Positions 1 through 9,503 of a stretch of DNA of 64,000 bases are shown here, in pieces. The translations under genes and the position numbers were made by a program. Source of the stretch: an uncultured Armatimonadetes bacterium (GTDB taxonomy: Bacteria > Armatimonadota > UBA5829); NCBI GenBank assembly GCA_963711155.1, contig CAVQDB010000005.1, positions 1,923,298 to 1,987,297 of the forward strand, read 5' to 3'. The notes beneath the pieces were generated by a model that ran no database searches, had not been told where the DNA came from, and saw nothing but the letters and a program-made list of their open reading frames with translations. Each line of letters opens with the position of its first letter. Positions within the stretch are counted from its first letter, which is position 1.

Positions 1-1573
1 GAAGCCCTCGGCGATGCGCGCGGCGAAGAAGGCGTTCTTGGTGACGAGGGTCGGCGACGTCGGGTTCCTGGCGGGCATGATATTGCTGTTCCTGTATACC
101 AAGTCGTTCGATCTGTTCGGGACACACGGCGTATTCGAGAACCTGAACAAGCTCCAGGGCTTTGTGCACTTCGGGCCGTGGATGATACCGATGGCCGCGA
201 TGGCGGGCCTGCTGCTTTTCTGCGGGGCGGTGGGAAAGAGCGCGCAGTTCCCGCTGCACGTCTGGCTGCCGGACGCGATGGAGGGCCCCACCCCGGTGTC
301 AGCCCTGATCCACGCTGCTACGATGGTCGCGGCGGGCGTGTATCTGGTAGCGAGGATGTATCCGGTCTATCTCGCCGACACCAGCCACATCGCGCTGCAC
401 GTCGTGGCTTATGTGGGCGCGTTCACGGCGTTGTTCGCGGCGACGATAGGCATCGCGCAGAACGATATCAAGCGCGTGCTGGCATACTCGACCGTCAGCC
501 AGCTCGGATACATGATTATGTCGCTGGGCGTGTTCGGCTACGCGGCGGCGATGTTCCACCTGATGACGCACGCATTCTTCAAGTCGCAGCTCTTCCTGGG
601 GTCGGGCAGCGTCATTCACGGGACGGGCACGCAGGACATCCGCGAGATGGGCGGCCTGAAGCGCAAGATGCCGTGGACGTATTGGACGTTCCTGATCTCC
701 ACGCTCTCACTGTGCGGCATTCCGTTCATCACTGCCGGCGGATGGAGCAAAGAGGAGATTCTCGGCGTCGCGTTCCACACCAACCCGATCGTGTTCTGGG
801 CGGGCGCGGTGGGAGCGTTCATAACCAGTTTCTACATGTTCCGATTGGTCTACAAGACCTTTCACGGCGAGCCGCGCAAACCTGAGATTCACGCGCATGA
901 ATCGCCGAGGGTGATGCTGGCGCCGCTCGTGATTCTATCCACGCTCGCGGTCGTGGCAGGGTTCGTGGGAACGCCGTTCAAGAACCTGTTCGAGCACGGC
1001 ATGGCGCCGGTGCTGGGCAGTTTCGAGAAGATGCTGCCCGAACTGCCGCACGGCTTCTCGATTGTGACGTTCGCCATCGGCACGACCGCGGCGCTGGGCG
1101 GGATCGGGCTTGCGACGATCATCTGGTATAAGCCCATACTCAAGATAGAGAAGCTGGAGCCGGCGTTCGGCTGGCTGGCGAAGATAGTGGAGAACAAGTA
1201 TTATATCGACGAGATCTACAACGCCACGATCATCCGTGGGATGATGCTTGCAGCGGCGATGATGTACTGGTTCGACAGGTGGGTGATCGACTACACGATC
1301 GTGAACGGCGTCGCTTATCTGACGGTGCTTGCGTCGAGCGCGTGGGGCTGGTTCGACAGGACGATCATAGACGGCGTCGTGAACCTGGTGGGTTGGGTGA
1401 CCGGGTTCGCGGGGCGGTGCGTGAGGCATCTCCAGACCGGCGTCGCGCAGCAGTATGTGTTCCTGCTGGTGGCGGCGCTGGTGTTCATCAGCCTGGCGGT
1501 GCTGGGCGTGACGTATGTAACGGGCAATAATCCGGAGGCAGCATGGGTTCCGCATATATCCTTCCGATTCTAA
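1..1573 (+). CDS. nuoL: NADH-quinone oxidoreductase subunit L (5' end cut by window edge)
   Basis: Frame of ORF 14..1573 stays open to base 2 (KPSAMRAAKKAFLVTRVGDVGF). Antiporter-like motifs HAATMVAAGVYL and AYSTVSQLGYM. Followed by nuoM and nuoN. Confidence 0.9.
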   Translation, partial: KPSAMRAAKKAFLVTRVGDVGFLAGMILLFLYTKSFDLFGTHGVFENLNKLQGFVHFGPWMIPMAAMAGLLLFCGAVGKSAQFPLHVWLPDAMEGPTPVSALIHAATMVAAGVYLVARMYPVYLADTSHIALHVVAYVGAFTALFAATIGIAQNDIKRVLAYSTVSQLGYMIMSLGVFGYAAAMFHLMTHAFFKSQLFLGSGSVIHGTGTQDIREMGGLKRKMPWTYWTFLISTLSLCGIPFITAGGWSKEEILGVAFHTNPIVFWAGAVGAFITSFYMFRLVYKTFHGEPRKPEIHAHESPRVMLAPLVILSTLAVVAGFVGTPFKNLFEHGMAPVLGSFEKMLPELPHGFSIVTFAIGTTAALGGIGLATIIWYKPILKIEKLEPAFGWLAKIVENKYYIDEIYNATIIRGMMLAAAMMYWFDRWVIDYTIVNGVAYLTVLASSAWGWFDRTIIDGVVNLVGWVTGFAGRCVRHLQTGVAQQYVFLLVAALVFISLAVLGVTYVTGNNPEAAWVPHISFRF

Positions 1574-3088
1574 CGTTTTTTCCGCTTCTCGGTGCGGCGG
1601 CAATAATGTTCATCCCAAAGGAGAAGCCGGCGGCGATCAAGGCGGCGGCGATCGCGATCAGCCTGGTGCCGCTCGCGATGTCGGTCTGGCTGTGGTTCGC
1701 GTACAGCGCATCCGGCGGGCAGTTTCCCAAGGGCACGCAGTTCGAGAGCATCGCGCAGTGGATACCGGCGCTCGGCGTGACGTTCCACATGGGGGTGGAC
1801 GGCCTGTCCGTGCCGCTGGTGTTTCTCACGACGCTGCTGACCACGCTCAGCTTGATCTACTCGGTGTTCATCGAGACGCGGCCCAAGGAATACTTCTGGA
1901 TGTTTCTGCGTGCTCGAGACGGGGATGCTCGGGGTGTTCACGGCGCTGGACTTCGTGCTGTTCTTCGTGTTCTGGGAGGTGTCGCTGGTGCCGATGTATT
2001 TCCTGATCGGCATCTGGGGCGGCCCGCGCAGGGAATACGCGGCGATCAAGTTCTTCCTGTACACCATGGTCGCGAGTATGGCGATGCTGCTTGCGATCCT
2101 GGCGATGTACTTCTCGCCGGAGGTCCTGCGAATCACCGGCGGCCACCGCACGTTCGATATGATGGTCATCGCGCAGGCGCTGCCTTATGCAAAGAACGTG
2201 ATCGTGGGCGCGCTGGTGTTCTGGGGACTGTTCTTCGGGTTTGCGGTCAAGGTGCCGATGTTCCCGTTCCATACATGGCTGCCCGACGCCCACGTCGAGG
2301 CGCCGACGGCCGGCTCCGTGATACTTGCCGGCGTCTTGCTGAAGATGGGGACCTACGGGTTCATGCGAGTCCTGATGCCGATGATGCCGGTGCAGTTCGC
2401 GAGGTACTGGTTGATCATCGCCATCGTCTCGATTATCGCGATCATCTACGGCGCGTTCGTTGCGATGGCGCAGACCGACCTCAAGAAGCTGATCGCATAC
2501 TCGTCCGTGAACCACATGGGCTACGTGACGCTGGGCTGCGCGGTGGCGGGAGCGGCGGGCTATGGCATCCACATGAGCCATTCCGCGCGGACGCTTGCGC
2601 TGAACGGCGCGCAGATGCAGGTATTCAGCCACGGGCTTATCACGGGCGCATTGTTCTTCCTTGTGGGCGTTGTATATGAGCGCGCTCACACGCGCAATCT
2701 CGCCGATTTCGGCGGGCTTGGCGCGAGGGTGCCGGTATACGCGGGGATGCTGGCGTTTTGCAGCTTCGGCTCGCTGGGGCTGCCGGGTATGACGGGGTTC
2801 ATCGCGGAGCTTTCCGTGCTGACGGGCACATATAACGCGAGCGCGCTGCTTACAGGGCTGGCGTTGATAGGGATCGTGGTGACGGCGGCGTATATGCTTT
2901 GGATGCTGCAGCGGGTGCTGCTCGGCCCGCTGAACCCGAAATGGGACAAGATGCCGGACGCCAACGGCCGCGAGATCCTGAGCCTCGCGCCGCTGATGAC
3001 GCTGATGCTGCTGTTCGGCGTCTACCCCGGCCCGGTGTGGACGTTCTTTACGAACGCGTCGAATGCTATACTAGGAGTGATCCACTGA
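1543..3088 (+). CDS. nuoM: NADH-quinone oxidoreductase subunit M, split by one frameshift as assembled
   Basis: The first ~120 aa (MGSAYILPILTFFPLLGA...KEYFWMFL) lie in the ORF 1543 frame. The rest (LETGMLGVFTALDFVLFFVFWEVSLVPMYFLIGIWGG...) lies in the ORF 1910..3088 frame. One extra base near 1909. The start overlaps the nuoL stop. Confidence 0.85.
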
Positions 3089-3114
3089 TGATTTACGCCG
3101 TTCAACTTGCACAG

Positions 3115-3177
3115 CACGTCGTGCTGAACTTGATTCAGCATCCACGCCTGGGCCCTGAATCAAGTTCAGGGTGACGT
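3115..3177. repeat. REP-like double hairpin (CTGAAC..GTTCAG family), copy 1
   Basis: cacgtc-gTGCTGAActtgatTCAGCAtccacgcctgggcCCTGAAtcaagtTCAGGgt-gacgtg. Two hairpins are bracketed by inverted cacgtc/gacgtg. The architecture matches 27640..27701. Confidence 0.7.
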
Positions 3178-3228
3178 GATACAACTCACTGAGCGCAAAT
3201 CACTTAGCCTACGAAGCGGAGGCAGATC

Positions 3229-3531
3229 ATGAGGCGATTTCATCTGGATATATCGCTCGATAGTGTTGCAGAGATCGCAAAGAGATATCCTGTGAAGGAG
3301 CTTGCTCTGTTCGGATCCGTGCTGCGCGACGATTTCACGCCGGATAGCGACGTAGATGTATTGGTCGAGTTCGAGCCGGATGCTACGATCGGCTTTCTTG
3401 GCATGGCCGCATTGGCGCGCGAACTCTCCGCCGTCACCGGACGACAGGTCGATCTAGTTCCCAAAGCGGGGCTGAAACCCAGGATCAGGAAGCCGATACT
3501 CGACAGCGCACAGGTGATCTATGCGAGATGA
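3229..3531 (+). CDS. mntA: MNT-type nucleotidyltransferase antitoxin
   Basis: LFGSVLRDDFTPDSDVDVLVEF is the minimal pol-beta NTase signature. About 100 aa. It overlaps the downstream HEPN gene by 11 nt. Confidence 0.8.
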   Translation: MRRFHLDISLDSVAEIAKRYPVKELALFGSVLRDDFTPDSDVDVLVEFEPDATIGFLGMAALARELSAVTGRQVDLVPKAGLKPRIRKPILDSAQVIYAR

Positions 3532-3879
3532 GGCCCTGTATCTACAGACATCGTTGACGCGGCCGACCAGATCGCTGAGATCCTGAAGGACAGCGGCAAG
3601 GACGACTATGACGCGTCAGATACCGTCCGCAGCGCTGTTCTGCTCAAACTGCTATTCATCGGCGAGGCGGCGGCGAATCTATCGAGCGATTTTCGGTCGA
3701 GACATCCAGAGATCGAGTGGTCGGATGTCGTGGCGTTCAGGAACTACACCATCCACGCGTACTTCTCTGTGGACTGGAGGAGAGTCTGGGACGCGGCAAC
3801 GCAAGATGCTCCACTGCTGCGAGAGAAGGTCTCGGATATCATGTTCTGGGAGTTCCCAGAGACGCAGACCAACGACTGA
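3521..3879 (+). CDS. hepT: HEPN/DUF86 toxin (HepT-like), one frameshift near its 5' end as assembled
   Basis: ATG at 3521 (MRDEALYLQ). After a -1 shift at ~3546 it reads DIVDAADQIAEILK...LLFIGEAAANLS...VVAFRNYTIHAYFSVDW (RX4H HEPN motif). Stop at 3877-3879. Confidence 0.65.
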
Positions 3880-3891
3880 TAACTAACGACT

Positions 3892-5541
3892 ATGCACATA
3901 GGCAATCTTATACTCATATCACCGGCTATCTACCTCATCGTCGCGGCGGTGGTGGTGCTGATCGTGGGGGTCATTGCGTCGCGCAAGCCCGAGGGTAGGC
4001 TGGAGCACTTCTTCTCGGCGCACTATCTCGCGCCCGCGCTGACGGTCCCGGCGCTTGCCATGGCCGGTGCGCTCATAGCAGCGTGGCTCAAGTATGATAT
4101 TCAGCCCGAGAACGTGCGCTTGTTCGTCACGCCTGGCGGCTATGCCCAGCTCACCGTCGATCCGTTTGCGATGATGCTGTCGTTCATCGCGATAGCAGGG
4201 ACCCTGATCGTGATGCTGCTCTCCATCGACCACTTCGGCGAGTTCCAGATCCACAAGGCCGAGTACTACGCGCTGCTGATGCTCGCGACCGCGGCGGCAT
4301 CGCTTGCGGCGGCGGCATCGGACCTGATCGCGATCTACCTCTGCATCGAATTCCTGAGCCTGGTGAGCTATGTGCTGGCGGCCTACGCGAAGAATGACAG
4401 GCGGTCGGGTGAGGCTGGGCTGAAGTATTTCCTCTACGGCGCGGCGTGCTCGGCGATAATGCTCTACGGCATGTCGATCCTGTTTGGCGTAACGGGCGGC
4501 AACACGTCGCTCGCGGCAATCGCGCGGGGGTTCGCCGTAACGTCGCCTGATCTGGGCTTCGGCGCGGCCGCGACCGGCGCGGGCTGGGTCGGGATCATGT
4601 TCGTGCTGGTGGGGCTTGGGTTCAAGCTCGCGCTGGTGCCGTTCCAGTTCTGGGCGCCCGATGTCTACGAGGGCGCGCCGACGCCGATCACCGCGTTTCT
4701 GTCGATTGTGAGCAAGGCGGCGGGGCTGGCGGTGCTGGTGCGGTTCGTGATGGTCGTTGCGGACCCGGCGGCGAGCCCGGCGTCACTGAGCTGGTATTGG
4801 ATACTGGTCGTGATGAGCGCGCTGAGCATGCTGTGGGGCAATCTCGTTGCGATTTCCCAGACCAACATCAAGCGAATGCTGGCGTATTCGAGCATCGCGC
4901 AGGTCGGGTATATGATGGTCGGCGTGCTTGCGGAGATGCATCTGTTCGCGGCGCCCCTCCGGCAAACTCACGACGCGGCGGTTCGGGCGAGCGTGCCGAC
5001 CGGCACTCCGCTGCCGTGGGGTCTGCAGGGCGTGCTGATATTCCTGGCGGCGTATCTGCTGATGAACCTGGGCGCGTTCGCGGTCGTGGTGGCGGTCGGG
5101 AAGCGGCAGGGCTCCGACAAGATCGAGTGCTACGCGGGCCTGATGCGGCGGGCGCCGTTTTATGCGGCATCGCTGACCATCTTTTTCGCATCGCTTGCGG
5201 GAATACCGCCGACGGCCGGCTTCCTGGGCAAGTTCTTCGTGTTCGGAAGCGCGATCAAGGTGGGAATCGCCGGACATCCGGAGCTTATCGCGCTTGCGGC
5301 GCTGGGTGTGGCGAACAGCGTCATATCGGTGTATTATTACTTCAACGTCGTTCGACTGATGTTCTTTGCGCCGGGAAAAACGAAGCCGGCGATCCATGGC
5401 ACACTGGCCGTCAGGACGGCGGTGGTCGTTACGCTGGTGCTGACCTTGGGGCTGCTCGTGCTCGCGAGCCCTGCGTCGAGGATTGCATCGGATGCGGTAT
5501 ACGCGGCCGGCCCGACTATGGTTCATACGGTGGGGAGATAA
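3892..5541 (+). CDS. nuoN: NADH-quinone oxidoreductase subunit N
   Basis: 549-aa polytopic protein with PFQFWAPDVYEGAPTPITAFL and KRMLAYSSIAQVGYM motifs. Last gene of the nuo cluster. Confidence 0.9.
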   Translation: MHIGNLILISPAIYLIVAAVVVLIVGVIASRKPEGRLEHFFSAHYLAPALTVPALAMAGALIAAWLKYDIQPENVRLFVTPGGYAQLTVDPFAMMLSFIAIAGTLIVMLLSIDHFGEFQIHKAEYYALLMLATAAASLAAAASDLIAIYLCIEFLSLVSYVLAAYAKNDRRSGEAGLKYFLYGAACSAIMLYGMSILFGVTGGNTSLAAIARGFAVTSPDLGFGAAATGAGWVGIMFVLVGLGFKLALVPFQFWAPDVYEGAPTPITAFLSIVSKAAGLAVLVRFVMVVADPAASPASLSWYWILVVMSALSMLWGNLVAISQTNIKRMLAYSSIAQVGYMMVGVLAEMHLFAAPLRQTHDAAVRASVPTGTPLPWGLQGVLIFLAAYLLMNLGAFAVVVAVGKRQGSDKIECYAGLMRRAPFYAASLTIFFASLAGIPPTAGFLGKFFVFGSAIKVGIAGHPELIALAALGVANSVISVYYYFNVVRLMFFAPGKTKPAIHGTLAVRTAVVVTLVLTLGLLVLASPASRIASDAVYAAGPTMVHTVGR

Positions 5542-5544
5542 CCA

Positions 5545-6186
5545 TTGAGTGAGATAACACCCAAACAGGCTCATCAGATATGGATGCAGGCGGCGGAGAA
5601 GGTCAAGGACCGCGTCATCGCGCCGACGCTCTACCGCGCCGTGGAACTGGCAGTGGGAATCACGGTTGACGGCGACGAGTTCATCCTCGGCTTCGCCAAT
5701 CCGGACCTTCCAATGGCCGGCCACCTTCGTTCCGCGCAGCACCACGCGATCATCGACCAGTGCGTCAGCGAGGTTCTCAAGCACAAAGTGCGCGTGCGGA
5801 TCATCGAGGGGACGACACCCGAGGACTACGAGCACTACAAGCAGCAGGTGCAGGCGCGCGCGGCAGTGCAGACGACCGTCAGCGCCAAGCGCGAAAAGGA
5901 ACGGCAGGTCATCGCGGCGTGGGACGAGGTCGGCGAGCAGATAACGCGCCTCTACGCGCGGCTCCACCTGCGCAATCTACCCCAGATGCGCGCGGAGTTC
6001 ATGTGGGCCGCGTTCAAGATCATCAGCGATGCCGTGGACGCGATGGACTACAGCGAAGACGCCGACGAGATCCAGAAGCGGGCGCTCGCCAGGGTGTTCG
6101 AGAAGTTCGCCACCGTGGTCGAGATCCCTTCAACGATGCTCGCGTTCGAGTTTTTCAGGCTGCGCAAGGAAGGAAAGCTGCAGTAG
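5545..6186 (+). CDS. hypothetical protein with DnaA domain-I-like N-terminus
   Basis: TTG start 4 nt after the nuoN stop. The N-terminal ~85 aa (IWMQAAEKVKDRVIAPTLYRAVELAVGITVDGDEFILGFANPDL...) follow the DnaA_N pattern. No AAA+ motifs. Confidence 0.45.
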   Translation: MSEITPKQAHQIWMQAAEKVKDRVIAPTLYRAVELAVGITVDGDEFILGFANPDLPMAGHLRSAQHHAIIDQCVSEVLKHKVRVRIIEGTTPEDYEHYKQQVQARAAVQTTVSAKREKERQVIAAWDEVGEQITRLYARLHLRNLPQMRAEFMWAAFKIISDAVDAMDYSEDADEIQKRALARVFEKFATVVEIPSTMLAFEFFRLRKEGKLQ

Positions 6187-6273
6187 AAGGGAATCGGGAA
6201 AGGAAGAAAGATAGAAAGCGGAAAACTCGCTTTCTCCGTTTCTGGTTTTCTCCCTTTGCCGAGAATTCCCTTC
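6186..6273. repeat. purine-rich ~90-bp imperfect palindrome (GAAGGGAGAATCGG family), copy A
   Basis: gaagggaatcgggaaaggaagaaagatagaaagcggaaaa / ctttctccgtttctggttttctccctttgccgagaattcccttc. It starts at the stop codon of 5545..6186. Related copies at 11335 and 57894. Confidence 0.6.
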
Positions 6274-6302
6274 TCCGATCAGTTCCCAAGGAGGGTTTGC
6301 AG

Positions 6303-7078
6303 GTGCGATATGGGCGGGGGAGAGGCTTCACGCTTGTGGAGCTGCTTGTTGTGATAGCTGTTATCGCGATACTGGCGTCGATTCTGTTTCCGGTGTTGGT
6401 CAACGCTAAGCAGGCGGCGCAGCGGGCACGGTGCCAGTCGAACCTCTCGCAGATCGGCAAGGCGTTCGAGTCTTACACCAGCGACTACAACGGCTGCTAT
6501 CCGAACCTCGGACAATCCGAGTGCACTCTGTGGATGGGGCGGTATTGGCGTGACCTGAAGCGCGAACCGGTGCACAAGTACGTGGTAGCGCTCGCAGTGC
6601 GGCGCGAATCAGACACGCGGGGATCAGATTCTGCGTGCCCCGCCGATCCTACGCCGCCCGGCATCTACTCGGGGACGTCCTACGCATATTCCGACGTGTT
6701 TCTATCATGACACCAGATCAGATCAATGCGATCAGCGACAGCAACTGCATCCGCAGCAAGTATGCGGCTACCAATCCCAAACTGCCGTGCGCGACGATCA
6801 GGACCTCCGACGCCAGGCATACGACGAAGAAGGCGCTGGTGACGGAGTACTGGACGCTGCACAGCGCGAAGCCCACGGTCGGCTGGTACGACGATCCAGC
6901 CGAGACCGGAAACGATCCCTGGAGCGGATCGCGGAACTATCTGTTCGCTGACGGGCACGTTGTGAATCTGCCCACGCGCAGGATCCATCCGGCGAGCAGC
7001 CCCGTCGTTTCGAGATCCCGGCTGCTGCCCGATATCAACCTGACCACCGACGGCATCGAGGGCAAGGACATCGACTGA
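6303..7078 (+). CDS. prepilin-type N-terminal cleavage/methylation domain protein (DUF1559-like), one frameshift as assembled
   Basis: RBS aaggagg, then GTG. GFTLVELLVVIAVIAILASILFPV class III signal. The C-terminal part in the ORF 6635 frame ends ...NYLFADGHVVNL (H-X9-DG-like). Shift near 6690. Confidence 0.7.
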
Positions 7079-7079
7079 A

Positions 7080-7923
7080 ATGCGCGACATACAGGCCGAG
7101 AAGATCACCGAAGGCGTCAAGCAGGCGTGCATCGATGCATGCCGCAACCTGCCTGATGACGTGCTCGACGCGCTGAAGCGGTCTCTTGAGATCGAGGACT
7201 CGCCCGCGGGCCGCGATGTGCTTGAACAGCTCATCGAAAACGCTCGCATAGCGCGCGAGGAGCAGATCCCGCTCTGTCAGGACACGGGCATCGCGGTCGT
7301 GTTCGTCGAGATCGGCCAGGACGCACACATCGCCGACGGCGATCTGCGCGAGGCCATCAATGAGGGCGTGCGCCGCGGCTACGTCGAGGGCTACCTGCGC
7401 AAGTCCGTCGTACCGGCATCCCCTGGACCGCGTCAACACCGAGGATAACACCCCCGCCGTCATCTACACCGAGATCGTGCCGGGAGACGGCCTCAAGATC
7501 GACGTCTGCCCGAAGGGCGGCGGATGCGAGAATATGAGCGCGCTGAAGATGCTTACTCCGGCGCACGGTCGCGAGGGCGTGAAGCGGTTCGTCGTGGATA
7601 CCGTGCGCGAAGCCGGGCCGAACCCCTGCCCTCCGACTATCGTGGGCGTGGGCCTCGGCGGCACGCTCGAAAAGGCCGCGCTCCTATCGAAGAAGGCAAT
7701 CCTGAGGCGCGTGGGTGAACCCAGCGCGAACCCGATCGACGCCGAGTTGGAGCGCGAGCTTCTCGAGGCGATAAACGAGACCGGCGTCGGGCCCGCAGGC
7801 TACGGTGGCCGCGTGACGTCGCTGGCGGTGCACGTCGAGTCATACCCGTGCCACATCGCCAGCCTGCCGGTGGCGATTACGATCCAGTGCCACGCGGCGA
7901 GACACAAGACATTCGAGATTTGA
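7080..7923 (+). CDS. class I Fe-S fumarate hydratase / tartrate dehydratase alpha subunit, one frameshift as assembled
   Basis: IPLCQDTGIAVVFVEIG and GYLRKSVV in the ORF 7080 frame. DPLDRVNTEDNTPAVIYTEIVPG...KGGGCENMS in the ORF 7360 frame. Extra c at ~7417. Confidence 0.8.
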
Positions 7924-7974
7924 GATTGCCAATTGTCGATTGACAATTGGCAATTGGCCGTCGATTCGAGGCTG

Positions 7975-8511
7975 ATGATCAAGCTTACGACACCACTGGC
8001 TGATTCGGATACCGAGCCGCTGCGCGCGGGGGACAGCGTGCTGCTGTCGGGCGTCGTGTATACGGCGCGGGATGCCGCCCACGCACGGCTGGTGCGATTG
8101 CTGGAGGAAGGCGAACCGCTGCCGATTGACCTCGCGGGCCAGGTGATCTACTACGTCGGGCCGACCCCCGCGCCGCCCGGACATGTCATCGGCGCGGCAG
8201 GACCGACCACGGCCGGCAGGATGGACTCGTTCACGCCCGCACTGCTCGAAGCGGGACTCAAGGGCATGATCGGCAAGGGCCTGCGCTCGCAGGAAGTCAG
8301 AGACGCCATCGTCAAGCACAAGGCCGTCTACTTCGCCGCGACCGGCGGCGCCGCCGCGCTGCTCGCCAAGCGCATCGTCTCCTGCGAGGTCGTCGCCTAC
8401 GAAGACCTCGGCTGCGAGGCAATCCACCGCCTCGAAGTCCGCGACCTGCCGCTCGTAGTCATCAATGATTGCATGGGTGGGGATTTCTATCGGAGAGAGT
8501 TTGAAGGTTAG
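7975..8511 (+). CDS. class I Fe-S fumarate hydratase beta subunit
   Basis: GVVYTARDAAHARL...YYVGPTPAPPGHVIGAAGPTTAGRMD...AVYFAATGGAAAL is the typical hydro-lyase beta type. ATG at 7975 lies inside ORF 7933..8511. Confidence 0.8.
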   Translation: MIKLTTPLADSDTEPLRAGDSVLLSGVVYTARDAAHARLVRLLEEGEPLPIDLAGQVIYYVGPTPAPPGHVIGAAGPTTAGRMDSFTPALLEAGLKGMIGKGLRSQEVRDAIVKHKAVYFAATGGAAALLAKRIVSCEVVAYEDLGCEAIHRLEVRDLPLVVINDCMGGDFYRREFEG

Positions 8512-8551
8512 AAGGTTGCAGGGTTAGAAGGTTTCCCGCGACTCTGTGCAC

Positions 8552-8579
8552 TTGACAGACGGGCAAACATGTATACAAT
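8552..8579 (+). promoter_or_regulatory. sigma70-like promoter candidate upstream of the TcmP cassette
   Basis: TTGACA (8552-8557), 16-nt spacer, TACAAT (8574-8579), in an AT-richer patch. Confidence 0.4.
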
Positions 8580-8614
8580 AGTCTGTATATACCTCATGCG
8601 GAAAGGGCCTGGGC

Positions 8615-9499
8615 TTGGCAGACACGAAGAGACCGTTGGGGTTTGGTGGTGACTGGACGGCGGAGAAGTTGGGGCGAGTGCGCAAGTACCTGAGCGCATA
8701 CGCGACTGCACTGAAGAACCAGCCGTTTAGGCTTACCTATATCGACGCGTTCGCAGGAACCGGATATTGCGGCAGAGGTCCCGAGGTAGCTCTTGATGCT
8801 CAACCGATTCCGGAACTGGCAGACAGCGAAACGCAAGCATTCCTCAAGGGTTCCGCCAGGATTGCTCTTGAGGTCGATCCGCCATTCCACGAGTTCATCT
8901 TCATTGACCGCGACCCCGCGAACTGCGCCGAACTTGGCAGCTTGAGTGACGAGTACCCAACCCTCAAGGACCGCATATCAGTCGTGAAGGCTGATGCCAA
9001 CGCTTACCTACAGAACCTGGCCGCGCACGACTGGATAGCGCGGCGGGAGCGTGCCGTGCTATTCCTAGACCCTTATGCCATGCAGGTTGACTGGGCTACG
9101 ATCCAAGCGGTCGCAAGGACCCGCGCGATCGATATGTGGTATCTGTTTCCTCTTGCCGCCGTGAACCGGCTACTGCGCAGGGACGCCAAGATAGACGAGG
9201 CATGGAGAGATCGCCTGAATCGCATCTTCGGAACCAGCGATTGGGAGGCGGCGTTCTATCAGCGCAGGGAAATGCAGACGCTGTTCGAGCAAGTCGAGTC
9301 GGTGGAGAAAGTTGCCACATTCGGGCGCATCAAAGAGTTCCTGCTGGAACGCCTGAGAGACGAGTTCGCTGATGTGGCTCAGAACCCGCTCGTACTGGAG
9401 AACAGCCGCGCGCCGCTCTTTCTCCTCTGCTTCGCCGTTGGCAACGAGAGAGGCGCAGCGCTGGCAGTGAAGATCGCTCAGCACATCCTGCGGAGATAG
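8615..9499 (+). CDS. tcmP: three-Cys-motif partner protein TcmP-like (Rossmann methyltransferase-like motifs)
   Basis: The N-terminus [24 protein letters not shown] matches my recollection of the TcmP family. [10 protein letters not shown] resembles SAM motif I and FLDPY a DPPY-like motif. It sits directly upstream of a DUF5131 gene, the family's usual partner. Confidence 0.6.
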   Translation: MADTKRPLGFGGDWTAEKLGRVRKYLSAYATALKNQPFRLTYIDAFAGTGYCGRGPEVALDAQPIPELADSETQAFLKGSARIALEVDPPFHEFIFIDRDPANCAELGSLSDEYPTLKDRISVVKADANAYLQNLAAHDWIARRERAVLFLDPYAMQVDWATIQAVARTRAIDMWYLFPLAAVNRLLRRDAKIDEAWRDRLNRIFGTSDWEAAFYQRREMQTLFEQVESVEKVATFGRIKEFLLERLRDEFADVAQNPLVLENSRAPLFLLCFAVGNERGAALAVKIAQHILRR

Positions 9500-9503
9500 A
9501 GCA

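Noticed and set aside
5760-6710. 316-aa ORF suggesting a large protein upstream of the pilin-like gene
   Set aside because: Its first ~180 codons are an out-of-frame overlap of the 5545..6186 gene and the purine-rich repeat. The real gene starts at GTG 6303 behind aaggagg.
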